This document shows, piece by piece, positions 1-7,951 of a stretch of 37,726 nt of DNA. The notes beneath the pieces are model-generated. The model did no database searches. It had not been told where the DNA came from and saw only the letters and a program-made list of their open reading frames with translations. The position numbers and the translations under genes were made by a program. The DNA is from Spirochaetota bacterium. Lineage in GTDB: Bacteria; Spirochaetota; UBA4802; UBA5550. Every line of letters begins with the position of its first letter. Position 1 is the stretch's first letter. The DNA lies in NCBI GenBank assembly GCA_050298055.1, contig JBNKTL010000050.1, positions 1-37,726 of the forward strand, read 5' to 3'.

Positions 1-147
1 GAGGAGCGGCTTTGGTCACTTTGGCCGTTAAGTTATCAGGATGTAACGCATGCAGGCGGAACCAGGAGGGTGGCAGCCTGTCAAAGTGACGAGCCAGCGC
101 GGAGCGACCCCGGTGGATTCAGGATACGGAAGATAAAATCCCCCCGG

Positions 148-166
148 CCCCCTTTAGTAAAGGGGG
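148..166. repeat. GC-rich hairpin CCCCCTTT-AGT-AAAGGGGG (REP-like; possible terminator for hicBA)
   Basis: 8-bp perfect stem about 60 nt downstream of the hicA stop; followed on the minus strand by a G run and ATTTT. Confidence 0.5.
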
Positions 167-223
167 GGCGCAAGAGGATGTGACGGTGGAGGTGCTTTAT
201 CCAACGGGAAGGATGGCGTTCCG

Positions 224-463
224 TTACCAGATTTTTTTTATCAATTCATCTTTTGTAATTTTAAAGTGACCTGCGACATCCATGAGAATACTGTTCAGTG
301 TTCCTACTTTAATATTTTTATGAGCGGGTATAGTGATATGGTGTTCACCCTCTTCATAAGTTGTGAGTCGAATGTGACTGCTTGATTGCCTTGTGACGGA
401 ATAACCAAGTTTGGTAAGGCGTTTAATGAGAGATTCTCCGCTTTCATCGCGAGGAAGTTTCAC
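224..463 (-). CDS. hicA: HicA-family type II toxin (mRNA interferase)
   Basis: 79 aa; LGYSVTRQSSSHIRL...ITIPAHKNIKVGTLNSIL matches the HicA pattern; GTG start overlaps the upstream stop by 4 bp. Confidence 0.9.
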   Translation of the reverse strand: MKLPRDESGESLIKRLTKLGYSVTRQSSSHIRLTTYEEGEHHITIPAHKNIKVGTLNSILMDVAGHFKITKDELIKKIW

Positions 464-666
464 AGGGCAATAGCCTCTTCCCGGACGAAATGAAGTTTTA
501 TAATTTGTGGCATCTCTTTTTCATCAAAATGGCAATGGACTGCATCCCTGATTTTTTCTTTTAATTCGTCGGGAGTATCTCCTTCTGTGTATATTGAGTA
601 GCCCAGGGCTTTTGCTTCATAGCCGCCATCCATTGATTCTTCTATATAAAATATAATTTCATTCAT
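460..666 (-). CDS. hicB: Short HicB-like antitoxin
   Basis: 68 aa; EESMDGGYEAKALGYSIYTEGDTPDELKEKIRDAV is HicB N-domain-like; coupled to hicA. Confidence 0.8.
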   Translation of the reverse strand: MNEIIFYIEESMDGGYEAKALGYSIYTEGDTPDELKEKIRDAVHCHFDEKEMPQIIKLHFVREEAIAL

Positions 667-863
667 GATGGTCTCTCAGCTTGATTTAATAATTTGCTCA
701 TTTCCTTTATGGTCAATTTACAGGCACTTTAAGCGAAAATCAATCAAAATTCCTTTTCAGGCAAAAAAGGCGGGAAAGGTGGTCGAGGCGCTGGTGCAGG
801 AAGCGTCAGTGTATAATGTCTTTCGAACTTTGTGATCGCTACAAATAAAAAAAGTCTTCAATC

Positions 864-1184
864 TCACCCCAGCATCTTCTCAATATTCTTTTCCTGGTCT
901 GCCGTAAGCTCCGTAAACTGGATTGCCGCGTAGTATTTATTGTGATTTTTCCTGCAGCGGATAATGACTCCTTCACAGGAGAACCGGAACTCTTTCTCTT
1001 CCTGCTTCAGGGTGAGCGTCAAAAACGCCCTGTTGTTCAGGTCAAGGGGCTCGTTCACTTCACAGAGCAGTCCTCCTTTGCTGATGTTGACCCCCTTTGC
1101 AGTGACAGGTTTTTCCTTTGCCAGGGAAATTTCAAGCATCTGTTCTATGACAAAGCGGCTGTCCTTTCTTCTTTCCTTTTTCAT
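864..1184 (-). CDS. Stand-alone PilZ-domain (c-di-GMP receptor) protein
   Basis: RRKDSR (RxxxR) and NISKGG (D/NxSxxG) motifs; start placed at ATG 1184 after GAGGGG. Confidence 0.85.
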   Translation of the reverse strand: MKKERRKDSRFVIEQMLEISLAKEKPVTAKGVNISKGGLLCEVNEPLDLNNRAFLTLTLKQEEKEFRFSCEGVIIRCRKNHNKYYAAIQFTELTADQEKNIEKMLG

Positions 1185-1280
1185 GGCCCCTCTCTTTATT
1201 CTCGAACCGGGAGAATTCCAGCTTATTTCCCTCATGGATAAGAATATCATTCTCATCAATTACAATTGATGATGGCACGA

Positions 1281-1310
1281 AAGTGATTTCCTGTCAACAG
1301 AAAATCACTT
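1281..1310 (-). promoter_or_regulatory. Dyad operator overlapping the -35 (TTGACA) of the PilZ gene promoter
   Basis: AAGTGATTT-C-CTG-TCAA-CAG-A-AAATCACTT; minus-strand TTGACA lies in the centre. Confidence 0.45.
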
Positions 1311-1368
1311 CCCTGCATGGGCGGAGGGTCCGGGTCGAGGTTTCGGACCGGTGCTGCTTATTACTGAA

Positions 1369-1387
1369 TGGCGTCCCCGAAGGGAGT
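1369..1387 (-). other. 3' fragment of tRNA-Glu (att-like remnant)
   Basis: Minus strand ACT-CCCTT-CGGGGAC-G-CCA has T-loop end, T-stem, acceptor strand, discriminator and CCA geometry; no 5' half; hairpin at 1327-1349 follows. Confidence 0.55.
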
Positions 1388-1393
1388 AACTTC

Positions 1394-2506
1394 TTACAGG
1401 CTGTCAACGATGGCGTCAAAAACAGCCTTTAACTCTTCACCGTGACTTTCCACGGGGACCTTTACGGGACCGGTGGTCAGTTCAAGCTCCAGTTTATCTT
1501 CCAGTGAACCGGTGAGGTCCCCCACGGAAGAAATGTCCCGGTAATTGATGATAATCTGTTCATCGATATTTTTTATATACACTTTATCTTCGCAAAAAAC
1601 AAAAGCGTCCTTCGCCGACCCGAATGTGGTGAGATCAAAAAGGGCAAGGATCCTTTCCCGGCTTCCGGGCATGATGTGGCTTCGAACATTGTCTTCTTTT
1701 TTTTCAGGATAGTCACCCACATGGATTTTTTTCCCTGCGTAGAGTTCCGCGGTTTTTTCTATGGCATCGGTAAAGTTATGAAAAGATTTCTTTTCCGGGG
1801 TTTCCCCTGCTTCCGCCTCTGCCGTTTTTCCCAGGAGAATATCCCGGGCGATTGAGTAGTAGGATACCGGAAAGACCGGGTTGTGGAACGCGCTGCCGGT
1901 TCCGTTGAGGAGTTTATTTATCTCACGGACCATCCGGGAAAAATGCTGAAAGCCCACCTCGTAAGTGGTGAATCCGCCGTACCTGCCTGTCTGCATGATC
2001 ATATGTGATTTTTCCTTTCCCAGGCCCAGGACCTGTATGGCCCATTCCAGTTCGATCTTCCCCATGCCTATGGCCCATTCAAACGCGGTTTTTTTTGCGA
2101 GTTTTTTTAACGAAGGGTACTCTTTTTGAAGCTGTTTTGTGAGTTCCCTGTTGTTCCCTGCGCGCCATGAGGGAGCTCCGAAAATTGCCTCGTCACTTAA
2201 TACCAGCGGTTCCTTAAAAGACCCGTCCAGAATAATATGATGTTCACCGGGAAGGACCGTTATTCCCGAGTAAGGCTGTATATATAAGTGCTCCTTTGAA
2301 AAAAGAAAAACCTGGAAAAAATCCGGCGCCAGTTTCCCGCCGAGGACCGCTTTGAAGCTGCTGGAGAAGGCTTTTTTCCCTCCCACATTAACATTGCCGA
2401 TTTCTATGACCTCAAGGGGTGATAATCCTGCTTTTGATGCTTCACTGGTAAGACTTTTCTTCTGTTTTTCATGGATTTTATTAACATTACTGCTGAGTAT
2501 TCCCAT
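1394..2506 (-). CDS. Hypothetical protein (about 370 aa)
   Basis: Long ORF; AAGGAG RBS before ATG 2506; no family recognised. Confidence 0.75.
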   Translation of the reverse strand: MGILSSNVNKIHEKQKKSLTSEASKAGLSPLEVIEIGNVNVGGKKAFSSSFKAVLGGKLAPDFFQVFLFSKEHLYIQPYSGITVLPGEHHIILDGSFKEPLVLSDEAIFGAPSWRAGNNRELTKQLQKEYPSLKKLAKKTAFEWAIGMGKIELEWAIQVLGLGKEKSHMIMQTGRYGGFTTYEVGFQHFSRMVREINKLLNGTGSAFHNPVFPVSYYSIARDILLGKTAEAEAGETPEKKSFHNFTDAIEKTAELYAGKKIHVGDYPEKKEDNVRSHIMPGSRERILALFDLTTFGSAKDAFVFCEDKVYIKNIDEQIIINYRDISSVGDLTGSLEDKLELELTTGPVKVPVESHGEELKAVFDAIVDSL

Positions 2507-2699
2507 GATATGCTCCTTCCGTTCTCCTGAGATCGTTTCCTTGATCTCTTTTCCTGCTTTCTGTAAATCAAAATCAAAATATATACAGGGTATTATAAGG
2601 AAAATAGTCAATAGAGTCAAGCCGGGTGTTTTATGATGGTGTGAACGGCACGTCTAAGGGTGTGAAACCAATTAAAATCGCCTGACGAATGTATTATTG

Positions 2700-2728
2700 T
2701 TGACGATAAGATATCAGTTTATTATAAG
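2700..2728 (+). promoter_or_regulatory. Sigma70-like promoter TTGACG-17-TATAAG
   Basis: Consensus-like hexamers with 17-bp spacing upstream of the substrate-binding protein gene. Confidence 0.5.
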
Positions 2729-2838
2729 GGGACTCCTGAAAACTAAATATTTGATGTCCCCTTGTGTGCACAACTAATGATAAAACCAGTAGAAACAATA
2801 TTTGATAATTAGGTAACTACTGGTTTTTAGAGGTGCCC
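2728..2838. mobile_element. 111-bp MITE with imperfect 16-bp terminal inverted repeats and 4-bp target duplication
   Basis: GGGGACTCCTGAAAAC / GTTTTTAGAGGTGCCC (12/16 match); ATAA on both flanks (2724-2727, 2839-2842); internal 11-bp IR AAAACCAGTAG/CTACTGGTTTT. Confidence 0.55.
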
Positions 2839-2883
2839 ATAAAAAAATTTTATCGGTGTTTCGCTGAGCAAAGGAGGACGAGT

Positions 2884-4074
2884 ATGAGGTCATTATTCAA
2901 ATGTTCGGGAATTTTTCTCATTCTGGTTCTCATTGCGTTTCCCTCCTGTAAGAAGACGGGGACATCAGGTGTTACCGATAAAGAGATCGTTGTGGGGATA
3001 AGCACCCCCCTTTCCGGACCGGCGGCCCTCTGGGGGAATACCGGCCTCGGGGCAAAAGCCTGGGCGGATTACATTAACTCACAGGGGGGAGTAAACGGCA
3101 GAATGATAAAGGTCATTCTCAAGGATGACGGTTACAACCCTGCGCGGGCCCTTGCAAACCTCAAGGAGATGAAGGGGGATATCTTTGCCGTTGTGGGGCT
3201 CCTGGGTACGGCCGTTGTCCATAGCTGCAGGGATTTCTTCCCGGACAATAAGATTCTGCTTATCAATGCCTACGGAAACACACGGATGTGGACGAAATAC
3301 CCGAAGAACAAACTGAAGTATATCTTCATTGCATATCCCGATTATGAAGATGAAGCCGGGTATTTGACAGATTATGCGTTCAATAAACTGGGGAGCAAAA
3401 AGTTTTCTATCTTTTACCAGAACGATGACTACGGCAAGCTTGGTCTGGCGGGTGCGGAAAAAGCCGTAAAAAAACTCTCCGGCGCGGAACTTATCGGCAT
3501 AATATCCTACGAGGTTACCGAAAGGGCCCTCGGCGACCACGCGTTGAAGCTGAAAAAAGCCGGCGCTGACACCCTTCTTATTTATTCTTCACCCACACAT
3601 GGCGCCATTATCATGAAGGAGATGGCAAAGGTCGGCTACAGGCCAAAAGTGATTGCCTCTTTCCCCCTGGGTGATCCTGTTATGTTCCTTATCGCCAAGC
3701 AGCTCTGGGAAGGTGTCTATCCGTCTATTGCCGCCCAGTACTCTCTTCCCGACACGGACCCCGGGGCCGACAGGATTGCGGCCATCCTGAAAAAGCAGGA
3801 CCCGAAGATATCTTCCGATTCTTTTGCCGTATTCGGTGCCGCATCCATGATGCACTTTATTGAGGGCCTGAAAAGGGCGGGGAATAAAGTCACGGTGGAA
3901 TCCGTGATTAAGGGAATGGAATCAATAAAGGACTGGAAGCCCGAAGGTATGGGCGGCCCGGTAACTTACAGCCCCGAACGCCATCACGGAATAAACGGCG
4001 TTATGATGGGTAAGGCTGAAAATAAAAAAGTCAGGGCGATTTCAGATTTTGCCATATTCAAGCCCCATTTTTGA
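2884..4074 (+). CDS. Branched-chain amino acid-type (LivJ/K-like) ABC substrate-binding lipoprotein
   Basis: Lipobox-like IAFPSC; IVVGISTPLSGPAA, GGVNGR, DDGYNP, YQNDDYG motifs; AAGGAGG RBS before ATG 2884. Confidence 0.9.
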   Translation: MRSLFKCSGIFLILVLIAFPSCKKTGTSGVTDKEIVVGISTPLSGPAALWGNTGLGAKAWADYINSQGGVNGRMIKVILKDDGYNPARALANLKEMKGDIFAVVGLLGTAVVHSCRDFFPDNKILLINAYGNTRMWTKYPKNKLKYIFIAYPDYEDEAGYLTDYAFNKLGSKKFSIFYQNDDYGKLGLAGAEKAVKKLSGAELIGIISYEVTERALGDHALKLKKAGADTLLIYSSPTHGAIIMKEMAKVGYRPKVIASFPLGDPVMFLIAKQLWEGVYPSIAAQYSLPDTDPGADRIAAILKKQDPKISSDSFAVFGAASMMHFIEGLKRAGNKVTVESVIKGMESIKDWKPEGMGGPVTYSPERHHGINGVMMGKAENKKVRAISDFAIFKPHF

Positions 4075-4095
4075 TCTCTTAGAAATTTCCGGTTT

Positions 4096-4251
4096 TTGAC
4101 AGACCGGCAGTTTGAATCGGACCCGCTTGTCGATTATGAAGTATGTCCGCCCGGTTGCAGGATTTGTCTTGATACCTGTCCTCAAAATGCTTTAGCAGGG
4201 AAAACAGTGATCCAGAAAGAATGCAGCCCGGTATCCATTTATAAAACTTAA
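4096..4251 (+). pseudogene. Remnant of a QueG-like 4Fe-4S protein gene
   Basis: Translates LTDRQFESDPLVDYEVCPPGCRICLDTCPQNALAGKTVIQKECSPVSIYKT*; ferredoxin-type Cys cluster; no convincing start or RBS, truncated before a second cluster. Confidence 0.65.
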
Positions 4252-4285
4252 TAGCCCCGGGTTTAAACACGGGGCTATTAAGTTT
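4244..4285. terminator. 16-bp perfect inverted repeat, probable bidirectional terminator or REP
   Basis: AAACTTAATAGCCCCG-GGTTTAAACA-CGGGGCTATTAAGTTT between convergent genes. Confidence 0.7.
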
Positions 4286-4976
4286 AATTTTCTTTTGAAT
4301 TCAATTTCTTATACACATCCGGATAATGTTTTTCCATACATTCGGGACATATGCTGTGACTGACATCCGCATCAAAATATTTCGCGATATAGATATCAAC
4401 TTTTTCCCAGTAGCCTTTATCATCTCTGATCTTTTTACAAAAAGAGCAGAAGGGGAGTATTCCCCTTAAGGCTTTGATCTCTGCCAATGCTTCCTGAAGT
4501 TCACTGACAAGCTTTTCACGTTCTTTTGCGGTTTTATTTCTCTCGGTGATATCTCTGCATACACAAAATATCAGCTTTTGTCCCCTGTAAAAAGTTCCGT
4601 TATTGCTTAATTCTACGTCAATGAGTGAACCATCTTTGCGGTGATGGTATGTTTCGAAGTGGTGCCCTGTCTCATCAACTGTTCGGATCATTTCCAGTAT
4701 TTCTTCTTTATTAAATTTTGTGTCCCAGTCCCATACATGAAGCTGCCGGACTTCTTCCAGGGAATAACCGAGCATATCAGCAAATTGTTTATTTGCTTCA
4801 TAAACTTCTCCCTTTGAATCAAGAATGACGATTCCGTCTCTGGATTCTTCTATCAAAATACGACGCCAGGATATTTCATCTTTCAGTAATTCTACGTTTT
4901 TCTCATGTTCATTTCTGCACTTTTCAAATTCCAGTACCTGCTTTTCTAATTCTTTATAAGTAGGTTTCTCGGTCAT
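4284..4976 (-). CDS. PAS-domain sensor protein with C-terminal Cys-rich domain
   Basis: PAS motifs (DGIVILD...EANKQFADMLGYS...RDITER); C-terminal CSFCKKIRDDKGYW...SHSICPEC. Confidence 0.85.
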   Translation of the reverse strand: MTEKPTYKELEKQVLEFEKCRNEHEKNVELLKDEISWRRILIEESRDGIVILDSKGEVYEANKQFADMLGYSLEEVRQLHVWDWDTKFNKEEILEMIRTVDETGHHFETYHHRKDGSLIDVELSNNGTFYRGQKLIFCVCRDITERNKTAKEREKLVSELQEALAEIKALRGILPFCSFCKKIRDDKGYWEKVDIYIAKYFDADVSHSICPECMEKHYPDVYKKLNSKEN

Positions 4977-5199
4977 ATTAATTCCTGATTTTTATTAATT
5001 TAATCAGTCTTAACTGAGAGTTCCCGGTGGAGAACATGTCGTCACAAATAATTGATCAATAAGAAAAATAAAGTTTCAGCAATACAAATAGTATTCAGGA
5101 TATTGATAGTTTTAAAAGATTGCACCACATGTTATAAATATAATAAAATTATTGGGAAAAACAAGAATATAATTCCATCCGGACGGTATTTTCATAATT

Positions 5200-5907
5200 T
5201 TATCGGTTTTCTATTAAGAAAACCGTACCCAGGTCCACAACCTCTTTGCCAGAGAGAAAATAGATCGATTTCCCTGTTCTGGATATAAACTCCTCTATTC
5301 TCTCCCTGTGAGGATGCATGTTGATATTTCCCGTAAGCAAAACATGTTCATCCGTATGCCCGGAAGCGCCTCCGATAAAACCATATCTGTATCCCGGCAG
5401 TCTCACATGGCCCGGTTTTATGAGGAGTGAATCAAGCCCTGCCGCAAGGGCGGTTTTGTGTATGGACCTGTCAGATGTAATAATATGTTTTTCCCCTGCC
5501 ACCAGTGTTGAACATTTTGTGTAGGGCTGGCTGACATCGTGAAAATCAATTCCCGATTTTTCAAGGTCCTCCCTGATGCTTTTTTCCGTAAAAGCGAGTC
5601 TGTGAAGGACAACTTTGTCTGCTGAGGCAATATTGTAGGATATATCAGCAGGATGTTCAGGTGAAATCCCTGTTTTGCAGATAATGATTTCTACAGAGTC
5701 CTCAATCTCTCTTAAAAAAGATTTTGATATATCCGGATGGCAGAAACATTTTTTCCCAAAGAGAAAAAGCTGCATGTCGGGATGACCGGAAAGAGGTTCA
5801 GCGACAAGAGAAGTTCGGGGTATCATTACCGGCCTGATATCCAGTTTTTTCAGGCTGTCAAGCATCTCTTTGGTCGCGTCAGGGCTTATAATGGCGGTTC
5901 TTTTCAT
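5200..5907 (-). CDS. DUF6873-like GME-fold protein
   Basis: SGHPDMQLF, YTKCS, IITSD, LPGYRYGFIGGASG, VDLGT motifs. Confidence 0.7.
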   Translation of the reverse strand: MKRTAIISPDATKEMLDSLKKLDIRPVMIPRTSLVAEPLSGHPDMQLFLFGKKCFCHPDISKSFLREIEDSVEIIICKTGISPEHPADISYNIASADKVVLHRLAFTEKSIREDLEKSGIDFHDVSQPYTKCSTLVAGEKHIITSDRSIHKTALAAGLDSLLIKPGHVRLPGYRYGFIGGASGHTDEHVLLTGNINMHPHRERIEEFISRTGKSIYFLSGKEVVDLGTVFLIENR

Positions 5908-6087
5908 TCTGACTTTAATATTGATCTTTCCCGCTTTTCCAGTTGTATAAAACTTCTCTCATCTCCTCCATCTCCCTATCTCCTTTCTTGCACTCTTCCT
6001 CTGTAGAGGATTAGTAATTTAAATAATATAGATTGTATTTTTAATATTTAATTGATTTTTTTACGGTATCTGTTAGATTAAATAGAT

Positions 6088-6228
6088 GTAACTACTCAGC
6101 TATGTATAAAAATAGACATGTTAATGAACAAAGCAAAACTGATGTGTCCCCACCGCCGAAGGCGGCGGGGACACATTTCTGGTATTTTATTAAATATGAA
6201 TATTTTAGTCATATAGCTGATTAGTTAC
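6088..6228. mobile_element. 141-bp MITE with GTAAC...GTTAC ends, 8-bp target duplication and central GC hairpin
   Basis: GTAACTACTCAGCTATGT / ATATAGCTGATTAGTTAC (16/18); AAATAGAT at 6080-6087 and 6229-6236; core ATGTGTCCCCACCGCC-GAA-GGCGGCGGGGACACAT. Confidence 0.75.
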
Positions 6229-6241
6229 AAATAGATTACTT

Positions 6242-6340
6242 GTAAATATTCAGCAATAGAGAAAAAATAAATTTATTTACGAAAATATAAGCAATATGTT
6301 CCCGCCGCCAAGGGCGGCGGGAACATAGCAGTTATGTTAC
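6242..6340. repeat. Related shorter element (GTAAATATTCAGC...GC hairpin...GTTAC)
   Basis: Perfect stem TATGTTCCCGCCGCC-AAG-GGCGGCGGGAACATA; aligns along its length with 7832-7924. Confidence 0.65.
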
Positions 6341-6377
6341 AGATTAATAACTATTGCTGAAAATCAAGGACAATAAT

Positions 6378-7313
6378 ATGAATGAAGATATAAGCGTGGA
6401 AAAACGTATCGCAGATGTCATAGAAGAGCTCTGCAGGAAGGAATCTTACGAATCTGTCTACCACAGAACCAATCACCAGGACGTCTCCATGCCGTCGATA
6501 AGTGAACTTGCAGAGATTGTTGAGCTTCTCAAATCTATCATCTTTCCCGGATTTTTTGTTTACTCGGAGATTCGGCCCGACACAATGAGGTTTTACCTCG
6601 GGTCGACCCTCGACAGGGTCTACAGGAAGTTCTCGGAACAGATCAGGCGGGGATACTGTTTTTCCTGTACCGAAGAAAATGAGGGTGAAGTCTGTCACTT
6701 ATGTGAGACCAGGGCCAGGGATATATCAAACAAGTTTATTGACAGGCTTCCTTATATCAGGCATATGCTCGCCCTGGACTCATTTGCGGCCTTTGAAGGA
6801 GATCCGGCGGCCAAAAACGTCGGGGAGACAATATTCTGTTATCCCAGCATTGTGGCGTTGACCCACCACAGGATTGCCCATGAACTCTACCTGCTGGAAG
6901 TCCCCCTGATTCCCCGGATTATCTCCGAGATGGCGCATTCCAAAACAGGGATAGATATCAACCCCGGTGCACATATAGGCGAGAGTTTTTTCATAGATCA
7001 TGGGACAGGGACCGTAATCGGTGAAACGTCTGTTATCGGTAATAATGTGAGAATTTACCAGGGCGTGACCCTTGGCGCCAAAAGTTTTCCCCTGGATGAA
7101 TCGGGAAACCCCATAAAGGGGATACCCCGTCATCCCATCGTTGAAGATGGCGCTATTATCTATTCGGGGGCCACTATTCTTGGGAGGGTTACTATTGGGA
7201 AAGGGGCGGAAATAGGAGGCAATGTATGGCTTACCGAAGATGTGCTTCCCGGCTCACGGGTAGTCCAGCAGAGACCGGATGAACTCTATTTCAACGGCGG
7301 GTCGGGAATTTAA
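6378..7313 (+). CDS. cysE: Serine O-acetyltransferase
   Basis: GDPAA, HRIAH, TGIDINPGAHIGESFFIDHGTGTVIGET, IYQGVTLGA, RHP hexapeptide-repeat motifs; AAGGA RBS before ATG 6378. Confidence 0.93.
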   Translation: MNEDISVEKRIADVIEELCRKESYESVYHRTNHQDVSMPSISELAEIVELLKSIIFPGFFVYSEIRPDTMRFYLGSTLDRVYRKFSEQIRRGYCFSCTEENEGEVCHLCETRARDISNKFIDRLPYIRHMLALDSFAAFEGDPAAKNVGETIFCYPSIVALTHHRIAHELYLLEVPLIPRIISEMAHSKTGIDINPGAHIGESFFIDHGTGTVIGETSVIGNNVRIYQGVTLGAKSFPLDESGNPIKGIPRHPIVEDGAIIYSGATILGRVTIGKGAEIGGNVWLTEDVLPGSRVVQQRPDELYFNGGSGI

Positions 7314-7427
7314 CGTTTTTTCTTCACCCCCACATTTCCTTTCTTATACTCTTTCTTCCTTTGCGACCTTAACGTCTTAGCGGTTTAAAACTCTTCTATA
7401 TAACCCGAAACCCGGAATTATCCGCAC

Positions 7428-7652
7428 TCACATCCCTAATAAATACTCCCAGCCCTTCTTCGTAAAGGGATCGCCTGAGAGCTGCTCCATTGAGTCCTGC
7501 TCCTTGAGAAGCCGAAAGCTTGCAGGATCCAGTATATCTTCTTCAATCAATTTATTGATTTTTTCAACTTCATCGGAAAAATGAAAAATAAAGACCTGTT
7601 TTTTCCTGTAGTTAGCATATATTTTATCGATGATCTGCCAGTTGTTGTTCAT
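7428..7652 (-). CDS. Small hypothetical protein
   Basis: 74-aa ORF with protein-like composition in an otherwise empty gap. Confidence 0.55.
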   Translation of the reverse strand: MNNNWQIIDKIYANYRKKQVFIFHFSDEVEKINKLIEEDILDPASFRLLKEQDSMEQLSGDPFTKKGWEYLLGM

Positions 7653-7692
7653 AGTATTATTATATATAACAGCTGTTAAATTTCAATGGATA

Positions 7693-7743
7693 TGTAATGA
7701 ACGCTACACAGAGTGTAATGAACGCTACACAGAGTGTAATGAA
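7693..7743. repeat. 21-bp tandem repeat (two full copies plus 9 bp)
   Basis: TGTAATGAACGCTACACAGAG x2 + TGTAATGAA; each full unit contains TGTA-N8-TACA. Confidence 0.9.
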
Positions 7744-7785
7744 TGACATATGGAGGATTTGGAGACTTAAAAAACAATAACTTGT

Positions 7786-7814
7786 TTGACAATATTTCCC
7801 TGTTTTTATACATT
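7786..7814 (+). promoter_or_regulatory. Sigma70-like promoter TTGACA-17-TACATT
   Basis: Near-consensus hexamers upstream of the OmpA gene. Confidence 0.6.
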
Positions 7815-7831
7815 TTAGTATATATTAAGAA

Positions 7832-7924
7832 GTAACTAGTCAGCAATATGGCTAAATAATGTATTTACTAAAATATCAATAATATGTTCCCGTCTCCCAA
7901 GGCTGCGGGGACATATGGAGTTAC
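7832..7924. repeat. Degenerate copy of the GTAAC...GTTAC hairpin element
   Basis: GTAACTAGTCAGCAATA...ATATGTTCCCGTCTCCCAAGGCTGCGGGGACATATGGAGTTAC; homologous to 6242-6340. Confidence 0.65.
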
Positions 7925-7951
7925 TCTATTAATACATATTATCATATTACA

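Noticed and set aside
4072..4074. Sec readthrough fusing the substrate-binding protein to the Fe-S fragment
   Set aside because: The protein appears complete at this stop, the TGA is not at a recognisable Cys motif, and in-frame adjacency occurs by chance one time in three
7693..7743. Possible mini CRISPR array
   Set aside because: Units are directly adjacent with no spacers, and no cas genes are in the window
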